60,254 bases of DNA, filler included, from Stramenopiles sp. TOSAG23-2 (GCA_900128395.1; 4 parts of 4 records of this genome joined end to end with filler, not necessarily neighbours in it); one strand, 5' to 3'; shown: positions 23,600-36,850, numbered from the whole stretch's first letter. Translations and numbers: made by a program. Notes: generated by a model not told the origin, from the letters alone.

Positions 23600-24815
23600 A
23601 TGTAGACACCTCCAACAACAACCGGTACAACAAAAATAGGTAATGGTGTGTGCCTGCTACGCAGGCACTTCTGCTCGACTTAATGGTGTGAGCATGCTGC
23701 GCATGCTCTTACAAGATTAAAACGGGAGATTATTTTAAGTGCTTCTTCTTAAAAAATATTATTATATATGCACATATACCTCTTGGAGACATAATAATAA
23801 TTGATATACAAATAAAATAATAATTGATATACAAATAAAACAATACATACTATATATAAGTATCAAACTCACAATATCATACATTATTTATACAGACATT
23901 AATCAACAAAGTACCGATCAACAAAGAAACATGCCAGCTCAATACTATTCAAGTCTTAAAAGCTTCATTACATTTTTTTATAAAACAAATGAAATTGTGC
24001 TATTCTGCAAATTTAAAATTTTAATATATAAAGAATTTAGTTTACCTTATTATATATATGGAGTACATGAATTAGCCTAGGAAATTGTACCTATTGTGCT
24101 ATTCTGCAAATTTAAAATTTTAATATATAAAGAATTTAGTTTACCTTATTATATATATGGAGTACATGAATTAGCCTAGGAAATTGTACCTATATAAATA
24201 CTCTCCTCTCGTTTTGTTGTACCAGGCTTATCTCCGTACAACAATCTGTACAACAAAAAACAACACCCCTGAAATCGTACATATTATTTTGTAGTGTCAC
24301 TCTATTTTAAGTACAACTCCCTATTTAATTTTGTTGTACTGAAATCGCACATATTATTTGAACGATAGCATAACATACCATTGGAAAGTGTACATATTAT
24401 TTGGAAATTAGGGTTCTGGTACAACAAAATGAAAACAACACTAAGGACAAAGGGCTGATTTGACAAAAAGTAGAGTTAGCGTAGCATGAAATAGCATTAA
24501 GCTTCAAAACCCTAATTTTCCTGGTACAACAAAATGAAATATAACGTAGGAGAATGGGAGATTTTGTTGTACCAGCTGGAAAGTAGAGTTAGCAAATACA
24601 GTGCTATTCCCCTTCTAGCCAAATAATATGTACGATTTCCAGCTCAGAATTGTTGTACAACTTTTGTTGTAAATCGACGACAATATATTAATATGTTGGT
24701 ATATAGAGTTAGCAAATACAGTGCTATTCCCCTTCTAGCCAAATAATATGTACGATTTCCGGCTCAAAATTGTTGTACAACTTTTGTTGTAAATCGACGA
24801 CAATATATTAATATA
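23600..24815. mobile_element. Composite non-coding repeat or foldback element
   Basis: ~99-bp tandem pair (~23994-24192), ~120-bp-period pair (24584-24813), many GTACAACAAAA motifs in both orientations, inverted gaaatcgtacatattattt arms. Confidence 0.6.
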
Positions 24816-24952
24816 AGTATAGTTATTTATTACATACTATAAAACTATACCTGGTAACAACAATAAATTGAAATATTAATTCAAACAAACACAAATATGT
24901 GTTAATGTGTGTATGTATGTTTTTGTGTATAATTATATATATATATAGCTAA

Positions 24953-26524
24953 ATGTGCGAAATGAATCGTTTCGTTATCCGTAGTAATAAAAGAGTATGT
25001 ATAAATAATATTATTACTACTAATAGTATAAGCTATTATAGGCATTTGGATAAAGTAACCAAAGGTAAAAACTACATCAACAATCAAATTAAATATCTTT
25101 CAACAGCAAATGGTTACAAGTCTTTCGGTAGTTTCCATAGTGACGATGTGGAAGTTTTAATACGGCAAGACCCAAATACATACGTTAAGCCTGAATTGCC
25201 CAGTGTTATGCAACATGAATATGATAAATTAATCCGTTATGTACATAACGAAAAACTAAGTTTTGGAAAAAGTTCAAAGCAATTATTTTTGTTAGATAAT
25301 GAATTTACGTTTATCAATCACGGTGCTTTTGGTGGGACATTAAGCCTATGCAACGCTTATGCTAATGCTTGGCGAGCATATTGTGAGATGCAACCATTAC
25401 GGTTTTATGATAGGGATTTATTGCCCCTTTTAGTATATTCATATCGGATGTTTGGAAATTTTATCAATTGCAATCCTGAACATTTAGTTTTAATACCAAA
25501 TGCAACGTATGGCATGAATAGTATTGTACGGTCGTTAATTCAAACAGAGAACGACGATGTATTAATCTTAGATATTGCATATGGGGCCGTGAAAAAGATT
25601 GTTGAAACGGTATGTAAGGACAGGGGAAGCACATTTGACGTCATTGAAATACCATTAAATACACCAATGAAAACAAATGAAGAATTATTAGATGATCAAA
25701 AATTTATTGACTTTGAAGCGAATTTATTAAATGCGTTAGACATGGCAATTGAGCCAAGACACAAATTAATTATATTTGATCATACTACTTCTAATACTGG
25801 TATTAATTTACCAATTAAAAAAATGTCAAAAATATGTAAAAAATATGGTGGTAAAATCGTTATAGATGGTGCACATGGAACGTTAGCTCAAAGCCTTGAC
25901 ATTAATAATTTATTTCATAATCATCACGTCGATTTTTATGTAGGAAATTGCCATAAATGGCTATGTTCATCAAAAGGTTTAGGTTTCATGTGCGTAAAAG
26001 ATATTGATCATAAATCTAAAAATAATATTGAAATCGTCCCTCGAGTTATTTCACATGGTTATGGCGATGGGTTTTTAAGCAATTACATATGGGATGGATG
26101 TCGTGATTATAGCAGTATTTTGGCATTACCGTTATTACTAGAATTCTGGAATTCTTACAATTTAACATCAATACGGCAATACCAACATGATACATTAAAG
26201 GATGGTATCGAACTTTTATTATTTACTATGTGGTATGATAAAAAACATCATCATGTGATTGATAAAAATATGGTGGTGCCATTTTCATTTCATAGTCCAA
26301 TGGCTTTAATCAAACTTCCTGATAAGTTTCAAGTAATAGATCCAAGCAGTAAAATGTATTGCAACACATCCACTAATGCAAAAAGCGTACAAGATTATTT
26401 GTATTATGATAAAAAGATTGAAGTTCCAATTAAAAATATTAACAACGTTTTATATTCACGTTTGAGTTGTCATATTTATAATGAATTGGATGATTATGAA
26501 GCTTTTGGTAGAGCTTTCTTGTAA
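24953..26524 (+). CDS. PLP-dependent class V enzyme (isopenicillin N epimerase / L-cysteine desulfhydrase / Egt2-like C-S lyase), possible mitochondrial presequence
   Basis: FINHGAFG, PNATYGMN, IDGAH and GNCHKWLC (PLP lysine) motifs. Confidence 0.88.
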   Translation: MCEMNRFVIRSNKRVCINNIITTNSISYYRHLDKVTKGKNYINNQIKYLSTANGYKSFGSFHSDDVEVLIRQDPNTYVKPELPSVMQHEYDKLIRYVHNEKLSFGKSSKQLFLLDNEFTFINHGAFGGTLSLCNAYANAWRAYCEMQPLRFYDRDLLPLLVYSYRMFGNFINCNPEHLVLIPNATYGMNSIVRSLIQTENDDVLILDIAYGAVKKIVETVCKDRGSTFDVIEIPLNTPMKTNEELLDDQKFIDFEANLLNALDMAIEPRHKLIIFDHTTSNTGINLPIKKMSKICKKYGGKIVIDGAHGTLAQSLDINNLFHNHHVDFYVGNCHKWLCSSKGLGFMCVKDIDHKSKNNIEIVPRVISHGYGDGFLSNYIWDGCRDYSSILALPLLLEFWNSYNLTSIRQYQHDTLKDGIELLLFTMWYDKKHHHVIDKNMVVPFSFHSPMALIKLPDKFQVIDPSSKMYCNTSTNAKSVQDYLYYDKKIEVPIKNINNVLYSRLSCHIYNELDDYEAFGRAFL

Positions 26525-26659
26525 TTATATGGTATGTCATATATATAATTTAATTTATGATACGCATAATTTATTTATATATATGATATTTCGTATCTAT
26601 GTATGTGTATAATATGATTAAGACCCAATGTATATATATATGACATTTATACACATGAG

Positions 26660-27262
26660 ATATAAAAAATTCTCTTATTTATAAGTTAAAGATTTTATTT
26701 ACTCATACTGTTATACTGTGTCACTAAATACAAATTTGTTTTCCAGTGTTGGTGTGTGTGTGTGTGTGTGTGCGCGTTTTTTAAAAAAATTAATAGCATA
26801 TATAAAAAATTCTCTTATTTATAAGTTAAAGATTTTATTTACTCATACTGTTATATTCACTATATATATATATATATATATTATGTAATTACTCTCATAT
26901 ATATGTGTAATCAATAATATTTATATAAATATAAATAAGCATATGAGTAAGAGAACATTTTAAATATAAATATAAAGCATAATTTAGTTTTTAATTTACT
27001 CATAATAATTCCTACTCTACAAAAGAATAACAATAATTGAAATAATCTATCTCACACTAGTGTGTTGATATACCCATAATAGAGTATTCGTATCATATAT
27101 ATTATTTTACGCATAATTTATTGTTTTAATTTACTCATGATAATTCTTACTCTTCAAAAGAATACAATAATTGAAATAATCTATCTCACACTAGTGTGTT
27201 GATATACCCATAATAGAGAATACCAATGAAGGTAAATAGATGGTATCAACTACTCGTAGCAG
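26660..27262. repeat. Dispersed repeat family with local tandem duplications
   Basis: 56-bp direct repeat (26660/26800), ~110-bp duplicate (26977/27111); 27105-27261 recurs inverted at 56122-56303. Confidence 0.8.
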
Positions 27263-27570
27263 TTGATGAAAAACGAACATCATAGGAAGGCGGAGAATAA
27301 ATTGTACCGGGGTACAATTTGTTAATACGACTCACCAAATGCACATTTTAAAGCAAAACGATTATTATAAGCGCAAGTTTTAATAATCGCAGTTTGTACT
27401 CATATGTCTCTACATTGTACGAGTTTATATATATATAATATATATCATATGTACGAAGTATATATTAAAGGAATTATCATGAGATTAAAAATTAAAAAAA
27501 AATAAAATTATGTGAAAGACATGAAATATTATTTTATATAATATATTTATTATTCACATATAAAATAAAA

Positions 27571-27816
27571 TGATGGTTAAAATCTAAGTTAAATAATTTT
27601 ACATTTTAAAATAAAATATTAATTAAAAAAATATATATGCATATATACACCAATATATATATATATATTAATTTTTTTAATTTACGACTTGCACACTTCT
27701 TCGTAATTTTACGCCACTAATTTATTTTTTAATTTTTATCCATGATAATTCACGACATCATACATGATATATATATATTATATATTATACTTCGTATACT
27801 TAGATTTTAACCATCA
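27571..27816. mobile_element. MITE-like element with perfect 19-bp inverted repeat
   Basis: tgatggttaaaatctaagt (27571-27589) and acttagattttaaccatca (27798-27816); the motif recurs at 27831, 27867 and 58143. Confidence 0.6.
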
Positions 27817-28118
27817 CATATTATAACATATGATTTTAACCATCACATATAATATGATATAACTTTTAGATTTAACCATCATATATATCATATTCATATT
27901 TACTCAAATGACAATTCACGACATCATATGATATTCACATAACGCATATATATATATATATAATATCATATTAATATACCTTTCATATATCATTATGTAC
28001 TTTTTTAAACAATTATACCTGAATTTAAATATGAATATCATTTGATAGTGAGATGTTTTATAAATATAGAAACGGGACAAATTATTCTTTGTATCGTATC
28101 ATACTTGGAATTTAAAAT

Positions 28119-29351
28119 TTAATAAGCAACACTGCTACCAATAACACTACTTGCACAATTATTCGTCGATTTAAAAACTGCTGGGTCAGGAACTTCGTTA
28201 TAATTAAACGTTCCATCATATGCAAAAGGATCTGTGTCTGTAGCATTTTTATCATTCTTCTTATCTTCAATATGTGCTTGTTCTGTGTCATTATGTAATG
28301 TTCTTTTTGTAGTAGCTAATAATGCCTTGTTGTCTAATTGGTCTAAATCAATGCTTTTGTAAATGCTATCATCATATGCGAATGGATCGTCTTTTCTTTT
28401 CCCATTATTGATTTTCATACTATGAGAGGTATTTTTTTTCATGTTCGTTACAGGTGTTTTATTATTATCTTTATTATTCACTGAATCAGTTGCTGTTTTT
28501 GTTTTTGTTGTTGCCGTTGTGGTCGTAACATTATTATCAATCGCAGATGATGATGATGCAATTCGTTGTTTCTTAAGCAAAGGATGTACAGTTTTTTGAG
28601 GATTTTTGTCATCTTTCTTGTTATTATTATTATTGTTATTATTTACGTTTTTGTTATCACGACGCTTGAAACTAATATTTGCAGGTGTAATCGATTGATT
28701 CATTCTAGATTGATATGATGCAGGTGGCGCAGTATTACAAGAAGGGCGGAATGAGCTGGCATGATTCCCACGGTTATTTTTCGTATTGATTCCGTCATCA
28801 CTATGTGGTGCTTTTCTTTTCATCACTTTAAATTTTTTATCATATAGACAATTTCCAAGTTTTGGTCCTAATAATCTCAAAGCTCTTTTTCGTGCATCTG
28901 TTACAGCTTGTTTTTTAGCAGATTCAATAGCGTCGTATTTATTTTTAGATATGCCGTTGCCGCAACCAACATCTTCGTGGTACGAACCATTTTTCAATTT
29001 GATTGTAACAACAGCAGTTGCTGAAACAATCCACCTATCTTTACTTTTACTATACTCTGGAGGATAATCTAAAGATAAACTTTTTATTTGACAACTCCAA
29101 CCATCTACACCAAAAATATCATTAGCCATTTCAAATGCTTTCCAACCTTCGATGTATGTCAACGTTGTACCACCAGGGCCACGTCGTTTGGCGACATCTT
29201 CCATATCAAGACCCTGGTGCAAAGCTTTTTCAATATGTAACATTTCGTCATCACTCCATGCTTTGTTACCAAAAATTGTGCTACGTTGTTGTTGTTGTTG
29301 CCCGTGCGGAATTAAAGGTTGCCTACTATGTTGTTGGTGTTGTCGTTTCAT
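28119..29351 (-). CDS. RAD52: DNA repair and recombination protein RAD52
   Basis: RRGPGG..LTYIEGW, ANDIFGVDGWS, HEDVGCG and AKKQAVTDARKRALRLLG..LGNCLYDK. Confidence 0.95.
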   Translation of the reverse strand: MKRQHQQHSRQPLIPHGQQQQQRSTIFGNKAWSDDEMLHIEKALHQGLDMEDVAKRRGPGGTTLTYIEGWKAFEMANDIFGVDGWSCQIKSLSLDYPPEYSKSKDRWIVSATAVVTIKLKNGSYHEDVGCGNGISKNKYDAIESAKKQAVTDARKRALRLLGPKLGNCLYDKKFKVMKRKAPHSDDGINTKNNRGNHASSFRPSCNTAPPASYQSRMNQSITPANISFKRRDNKNVNNNNNNNNKKDDKNPQKTVHPLLKKQRIASSSSAIDNNVTTTTATTKTKTATDSVNNKDNNKTPVTNMKKNTSHSMKINNGKRKDDPFAYDDSIYKSIDLDQLDNKALLATTKRTLHNDTEQAHIEDKKNDKNATDTDPFAYDGTFNYNEVPDPAVFKSTNNCASSVIGSSVAY

Positions 29352-30031
29352 TTGATCGGGTTCTATGTATACGTGTGTGTAAAGCGGAAATGTTTATCTG
29401 TTGGGTGCGTATGATACACCGTGCAATGATTTAGTTCGTTGTACCTTGACTATTTGCTACGTTGTGTGTGTGTATGTTGTAATGTTTCGTACTGTACAGT
29501 ATAAGAACCATCACCACCATGTATTTGTCCAGATGGTATTTTTGTGTATTTATTATTGCACTATTATTATTGAAATTATTAGAGATATGTGCATATATTA
29601 ATTATCCTGATAGAGCAACGTTCATTCCCGCCTCCCACAGCATTCTGGCATTCCAGCATTCTGGCATACTACTAATACCGTACTAATATAGACTATTTAG
29701 AAATATTGAATTTATTAAATTTAATATTAATATAAATTCAATATATTATTAATTCTGGATTAATAGACGACTAGCACACTACAGGTAAAATTTGATGATT
29801 AATTTTTTTTCCCCTACATTAGTTGTTACGTCACAAGGGTCCTCATTTTAAGGATTATTAACATAAAGTGGTTTAAATTGTTTCTAGTATAAATAGTAAT
29901 ACTGTTAAAGTATTAAACTTGACCTATCTATATGACTAGTGGAGGTAGAGAGAGACGTACTAATTGGGAGTCTGTAACTTTAATTCGGATATACCTTAAT
30001 ATTACATGGACACAGCAGGGTCTACGAATTG

Positions 30032-30109
30032 GATATTTCGATTTCTCTCAGGTACACAGCAGGCGATATTTCTCCGAATTTTCCCAGGTACACAGCAGGC
30101 GATATTTCT
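30032..30109. repeat. 39-bp tandem repeat at scaffold end
   Basis: caggtacacagcaggcgatatttct occurs twice, 39 nt apart, running into the gap. Confidence 0.75.
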
Positions 30110-30209
30110 NNNNNNNNNNNNNNNNNNNNNNNNNNNNNNNNNNNNNNNNNNNNTTAATTAATTAANNNNNNNNNNNNNNNNNNNNNNNNNNNNNNNNNNN
30201 NNNNNNNNN
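30110..30209. other. Artificial scaffold junction
   Basis: N run with TTAATTAATTAA. Confidence 0.97.
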
Positions 30210-30963
<754 letters not shown>

Positions 30964-32094
30964 TTATTTAAAAAGGTTTCTTTTAAAAATGTTATGGTTT
31001 TTAAAATGAATTGATATGAGTTTGTTTTTGTTTGTTTTGTTATAAAACTATTACGAAACATGTTCTATATGCATATGTACATCTATATATGTACATAAAT
31101 GTGTTTATAAACACATAAAAAATAACTCGTATTACTATTGCCTTTTTTTTTGAATAACCAATAAATACATCTGTTTTTAAAAATGTTGTATAAGTCGTAT
31201 TACTATTGGATTTATTGAACTTTAGACATAAAATAAGTCGTAGTACTACTACAAGCAATGGTGTGTCTATGCTTTTGAAGTATGTAAAACTAACAACATT
31301 CTATTATTAAACTTAAACGATATTTAAAATCTGAGAGTTGTGCAGTTCGATTGAAAATTAGCATAGACAGAGGAAGGGCTAAAAATCTATTTTAGACTTT
31401 TTGCACTAATTCGAATAATATCCCACCAAATTATTATATTTTGGCAGCATCGAATATATTTTATCCTTAATAATGTAGAAATTTAGGACCAGAAGTACGC
31501 TATTAATTACTTTAACTTAAGGTAAATAATAATAGATTTGTTAGCATAACCATAGCATTGAAGTTCTACACGATTTTCCATTTTCGTCTATTTATATCTA
31601 TGCTTTAAGTGAATTAAGACAATAAATTTTATTCCCGTCTGGTGAATACTGGAATACTGCTGAAATGACCGGAGGCCGGAGGATCGGAGGTCGGAGGATC
31701 TGCCTAGCTCATATTTTAAGGTATTATATGGGCTGTAGCAGGGAAGAACGAAGGGAATCGAGTAGAGTAGGAGGATCTGCCTAGTGCCCTAGTCAAAATT
31801 ATATTTTTTTTTAATAATTAAAAAAAATCAAATTATATAAAGTTATAAACATAAATGATAATTGTTTCAAGAGCGATGGACATGTATAATTACATCTTGG
31901 GGTGGAATAATTACAACAAACCTCTTTACCCCTTTTCCCACAACCTTTTCATTTTCCACATTTTTACGTGCGACCATTTCCGTTTCCTTTCCTTGGGAAA
32001 AAGATATATTTTTATGAACACGGTCTATAATATAATAATATTAGAAAATATAATTAATTAATAAATATTATATATATATATATTATATATAAAA

Positions 32095-34827
32095 ATGGAA
32101 TCTAAAGGTGAAGAACAAAATAATACAATAATAGATAATAATAATAATAATGAAAAAGAAAAAGCAGAAAAACAACAACAACAACGAAAGAATATAAATA
32201 AATTGGAAGAAAATGGCATGAAATCGTCATCACCAAAAAATAGAGAAAGGAAATTATCATTAGATGAAGATCCAGACTCTTGGGAAGGTAAACCAATGTG
32301 GAGACATGATAGAGATGCAAAACAATGTTTTGGTTGTAAATCAAATTTTACGTTAATATTACGAAAACACCATTGTCGTGGTTGTGGAGAAGTATTTTGT
32401 AATTCATGCACTAAATTTCGAACAAAAATATATGAGCATTATAAAAATAAACCAGTACGAACGTGTCAATTATGCGCATCTCCAAAGTTATTAAAGGTAA
32501 GCGCTGTACCCTCGTTAGGCGGTGAAGTTATTTTAATTGCAAAAAATGTTGGATTAAAAGGAGATGTAACTTCACCAACAATAGCTGATGAAATTTCCAT
32601 TTTTGTAGATGATGAAGAATGTACAGGTGTACGAATAATGGGTGAATCGGATAGTAAAAATAGAAATTCCTGGGCACCTTCAGAAGCAAAACTTGGGCGT
32701 GGGGCAACCAAAATACGTTTTAGCATGGAACCTGGAGTTGGGCGAAATAAAACGTTACGTCTTCGCAATTCATCTGGTCTAGAAGGAGAAACAAAAATAT
32801 CATATGATAAGCCTATAATACAACATTGTACACGTGCACCAACAAAAGGTGGAAGAATTGTTATTACTGGTTTAAATTTTGGTACGAATGTTAGTTTCAT
32901 AAAACATATTATTGGTAAGAATCGATCATCATTGCAATTAAATGATAAAAATGGAAAGGGGTCGAATGACAGTAATAATAATAATATCAGTGATTTAAAA
33001 GATGAAAATACAAATAATAGAAGCAATAATAGAATTAAAATGATTCGTGATCATAGTGTTATTGAATGTTTTATTCCACCTGGTAGTGGAACTGATATAC
33101 CTTTAAATTTAAATGTGTGTGGACAAATTGGACGAGGTAATTTTTCCTATGAAAGTCCTGAAATATCAGATGCAACAGAAGTAGCATCTGGTGGAGGTGA
33201 TTTAGTATTAACAGGGAATAATTTTGGTTCCGATTCGCGGAAGATAACAATTACTATTATTTATGATGATTGGAATGTGCATCAAAGAAAACAAAGCATG
33301 TTAAAAAATGGGTCAAGCACTAAAAATACTACTACAACTGATGATGGAAGAAGTAATAATAATAACAATAATAATAATAATAATAACAATCAGCAACGAG
33401 AAATTGATGTAAAGAAAAGTAAAAATGAAGATTTACATACTGTCACTGCTACTGGAATACAAATATTAACTGCACATTCGAAATTAAAATGTCGTGTCCC
33501 AGCATATCCTTCTAGATCTGGAAGGTCAAGTCCAATGGTTAATGTTCGTCGAGCACGTGCAATTTTATCTGTCGATGGTCAAACAAGTAGTCCAGTCATC
33601 TTTACATATAAAGCACCCCAACCCCCATCACCTATTCCTAGTCCAAGCGTACAAACTCCAAGACGACGTTTATCTTTCTTCGGTGGTAATAATAATAATA
33701 ACAACAACAACAACAATGGTAATGAGGATGGCAATAATAATAATAATGATGTACCAAATGGTAATGGAGCAAATAATGCCACTACTACTACTAATAATGG
33801 TAGTATATTGGAATTTATGAAAAACAATAGAAGACATGCCCGCTCAATATCTAGTAGTAGCAATAGGAGTAGTATAAATAATCGTCGACAAAGTAGTAGA
33901 AGAAATAGCAGAGCAATCAATGAACCGGTATTTTTGCAACAAACGCAGAAACCACCACCTTCAAGATTGGTACAAAATGATATGCAAGAAGCAAGAAGTG
34001 CAGCTGTTTTTGCCTTTTTCGGCGATGCAAGGTTGGAAGAAGCAAGGTTGGCTACTGTGCCACAGAATTGGATCCCAGATGATGAAGCTTCAGCATGTAT
34101 GCTATGTGAGAAAGACTTTACATTTTTTGTTCGTAAACACCATTGTCGACATTGTGGTGCTATAGTCTGCAACACTTGCTCCAGTCAACGAACCGTCATT
34201 GGACAATTTACGATCCCAGTGCGTCTTTGCGATGAATGTTACGATCTTGCACAAATGCGAAATAAAATGCAAACATATGTATATGAAGTTAGGAGATTGA
34301 TGGCGTTGCTTCCACCAGACGAAGGTGCTACTTTCCGCCAAGAAATAACAATTGCATTGGATGAAGGTGCTCGATATCGTGCTGAGCAGACTGTAATGTT
34401 AGAAGAAGCACGTGCAAATGCTAGACGTGCAGCAGATTCTTGGTCAAGGCGCTCAACATTTTCTGGTAATTTACCATCGCAACCTGGTATGCATATGGTT
34501 ACACCACCATCAGAGCGACGAAGGCGAGTATCACAGGCAACATATAACAATGATACTACTAACAATCACGATGATAATGACGACGACCACCGTTATGAAC
34601 GTGTTACATTTGGTAGTAATAGTAGTAGTCGGAACAGTAGTATTCGTAGAAGGAATAATAACTATAATAGAAGAAGCACTAGAAATAATCGCGGTACTGC
34701 CACTAGTATTGATTCCATTAGTTTAGATAGCAATGGTATCACATTAGATGTATCAACAATGTCTCCGGCAAAAATCAATAATAATACCAATGATTTAAAT
34801 GCAAATAATGATTATAGTGAGTTTTAA
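32095..34827 (+). CDS. Protein with two FYVE zinc fingers flanking IPT/TIG-like repeats
   Basis: WxxD...RKHHCRxCG..C..C...VRxCxxC twice; PTKGGRIVITGLNFG and GGDLVLTGNNFG IPT/TIG-like motifs. Confidence 0.88.
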   Translation: MESKGEEQNNTIIDNNNNNEKEKAEKQQQQRKNINKLEENGMKSSSPKNRERKLSLDEDPDSWEGKPMWRHDRDAKQCFGCKSNFTLILRKHHCRGCGEVFCNSCTKFRTKIYEHYKNKPVRTCQLCASPKLLKVSAVPSLGGEVILIAKNVGLKGDVTSPTIADEISIFVDDEECTGVRIMGESDSKNRNSWAPSEAKLGRGATKIRFSMEPGVGRNKTLRLRNSSGLEGETKISYDKPIIQHCTRAPTKGGRIVITGLNFGTNVSFIKHIIGKNRSSLQLNDKNGKGSNDSNNNNISDLKDENTNNRSNNRIKMIRDHSVIECFIPPGSGTDIPLNLNVCGQIGRGNFSYESPEISDATEVASGGGDLVLTGNNFGSDSRKITITIIYDDWNVHQRKQSMLKNGSSTKNTTTTDDGRSNNNNNNNNNNNNQQREIDVKKSKNEDLHTVTATGIQILTAHSKLKCRVPAYPSRSGRSSPMVNVRRARAILSVDGQTSSPVIFTYKAPQPPSPIPSPSVQTPRRRLSFFGGNNNNNNNNNNGNEDGNNNNNDVPNGNGANNATTTTNNGSILEFMKNNRRHARSISSSSNRSSINNRRQSSRRNSRAINEPVFLQQTQKPPPSRLVQNDMQEARSAAVFAFFGDARLEEARLATVPQNWIPDDEASACMLCEKDFTFFVRKHHCRHCGAIVCNTCSSQRTVIGQFTIPVRLCDECYDLAQMRNKMQTYVYEVRRLMALLPPDEGATFRQEITIALDEGARYRAEQTVMLEEARANARRAADSWSRRSTFSGNLPSQPGMHMVTPPSERRRRVSQATYNNDTTNNHDDNDDDHRYERVTFGSNSSSRNSSIRRRNNNYNRRSTRNNRGTATSIDSISLDSNGITLDVSTMSPAKINNNTNDLNANNDYSEF

Positions 34828-35334
34828 AAAAAAATCATTTTTCGCATTCTTTGTAGAGAAAGAAAAAAGTTTATATATGCATTGATATTTTGAATGAAAA
34901 AGATGTTATTCTTTTATGTAGTAGGAGTAAGATGTAGAAAAATACGAGAGTTGTGATAAAATAAAACATGACGCACACGTTAATTTTTTTTTTGCTATCC
35001 CAATTGATTTACAGTCTTCTATCTATCACTTTTATATAAATAGCAGCTTCATACCATTACAATCACTGTCACAAAATTCAAAATATGATGATTACCAATT
35101 CATTTTTATATATTTAGATATGTATATATGAAGATGTGTATATATATATTCAATCTACATCATATAACATCTGATCAATCGTCTATTCATGCAAATAAAA
35201 GTGTAATATATGATTGTGTATACAAAATTATACAAATTAAATCTTCTATTATTGTAACTTTTTTATTTTTTTTTTCTTCCATTTGAAATATAATTGTTTT
35301 TTTTTAATAATAATAGGTACGAGAAGGTTTAAAA

Positions 35335-36818
35335 ATGGAAGAAGAATCAAAATTAGAAGAAGAAGGAGGCGAGAGCATGTTGTATTGGTATCAACCTGCT
35401 TCGAAGCGTGATAGATGGCCTATTTTTATTGATCAAGATTTATATGATAATGCGAAATTGAAAAAGAAAAAAAAGGTGGAAGTCCTTTTCATTGGATATA
35501 CGAGTGATAAAAACTGGGATTGGAAGCAAAAACCAATTCCTGAAACAGAAGAATGTGATTATGGCCCAATTCCGACGAGCAAAATAAAAACTAATATAGC
35601 AGAACGTTTAAATGACTGGTATAAAGATCCACCAACAACTTCAAAAAACGAAACGATGTTTCGAAAAAACAAGACCGAAGGTGTTGTAGATAATGGTTTC
35701 TGGCCAGCTATGAAAATATCAGTAGAATGGTTACGTGATAATGACGAACCAACATATCATATGATAAACAACGATTTAATTGAATATTTAAAGGGAAAGT
35801 ATCCGAATATATCATTTGACAGGGAAAAATATCGTCCTGGCAGGTTGTTCTTTATGAAAGATCGAGATGATGATTTTAGTGTATGGCCAGTTGAAATTGT
35901 AGAGCAAAGAAATGCAAATGAGGGAACAGTTAAATTAGTCGTCAAAATTTTAACAGATGAGCATAATACTACAGAGGAAGTTCATGATTATGAATTGACA
36001 GATGAAATTTTACCAAATTTTGAAAGTTGGTGTCGTCAAGTTGGTATATTAGATGATGAAGAAGTAATAATGCATGATGGGTCAAATGGTACCAGTAGTA
36101 GTGGCAGTATCACTAATGCGTTTAAAGACTATGCGGATGATATTAGTATGTGTCAAGAAGCGTTTAGAAGTGTTATGGAATATTTTAAAGACAACTCACA
36201 ATATGATTATTGCAATAATAAATTTATAAGAGAGATGCGAGATTTTCAAATTGATTCTTTTACTGGCAACACAGTGGTGGCAAATAACAATTCAACTACC
36301 ATCACCACCACCACCACCACCACTACTATTACTAATGGTAATAATACTACTAATAATAGTAACGATAATAATGATAATAATAATAATAATAATGATACCA
36401 GTAATAACATTGATGTCGAAATAAACAATAATGAAGGTGATAGTAATCGGAAGAAATCATCGAAATCGTTGAAAAGAAAACGAAAATCAAATAATGTGGA
36501 AAATGGTGATAAGGATGGAGGCGTGCAAAGTACTTTAGATGATGTAAATGCAAAGCAGAAAAAAAAGAAAAGGAAAAAGAAGAAGGACCTTGACAATGAT
36601 GTAAATACTACTACGAACGAGGATGATGATAATAATAACATAGCGGAAGACAAGAATGGGGATACAAAAGAGAAAAGAACAAAAAAGAAAAAGAAGAAAG
36701 AAAAAGTGAAAGATTCAAAAAAACTCAAAGATCGTAACAAAAAAGAGAAATCAGGAAATACCCACAAGAAAAAAGATAAAAGTATAAGCAGTGATGCTGA
36801 CGGCAGTAGTAGTAGTAG

Positions 36819-36850
<32 letters not shown>

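Noticed and set aside
24407-24516. Telomere-like TTAGGG/CCCTAA
   Set aside because: Only isolated single units within a repeat element
23990-24815. Possible CRISPR array (also 30032-30109 and 49649-49860)
   Set aside because: No constant repeat with unique spacers, no cas genes, eukaryotic context
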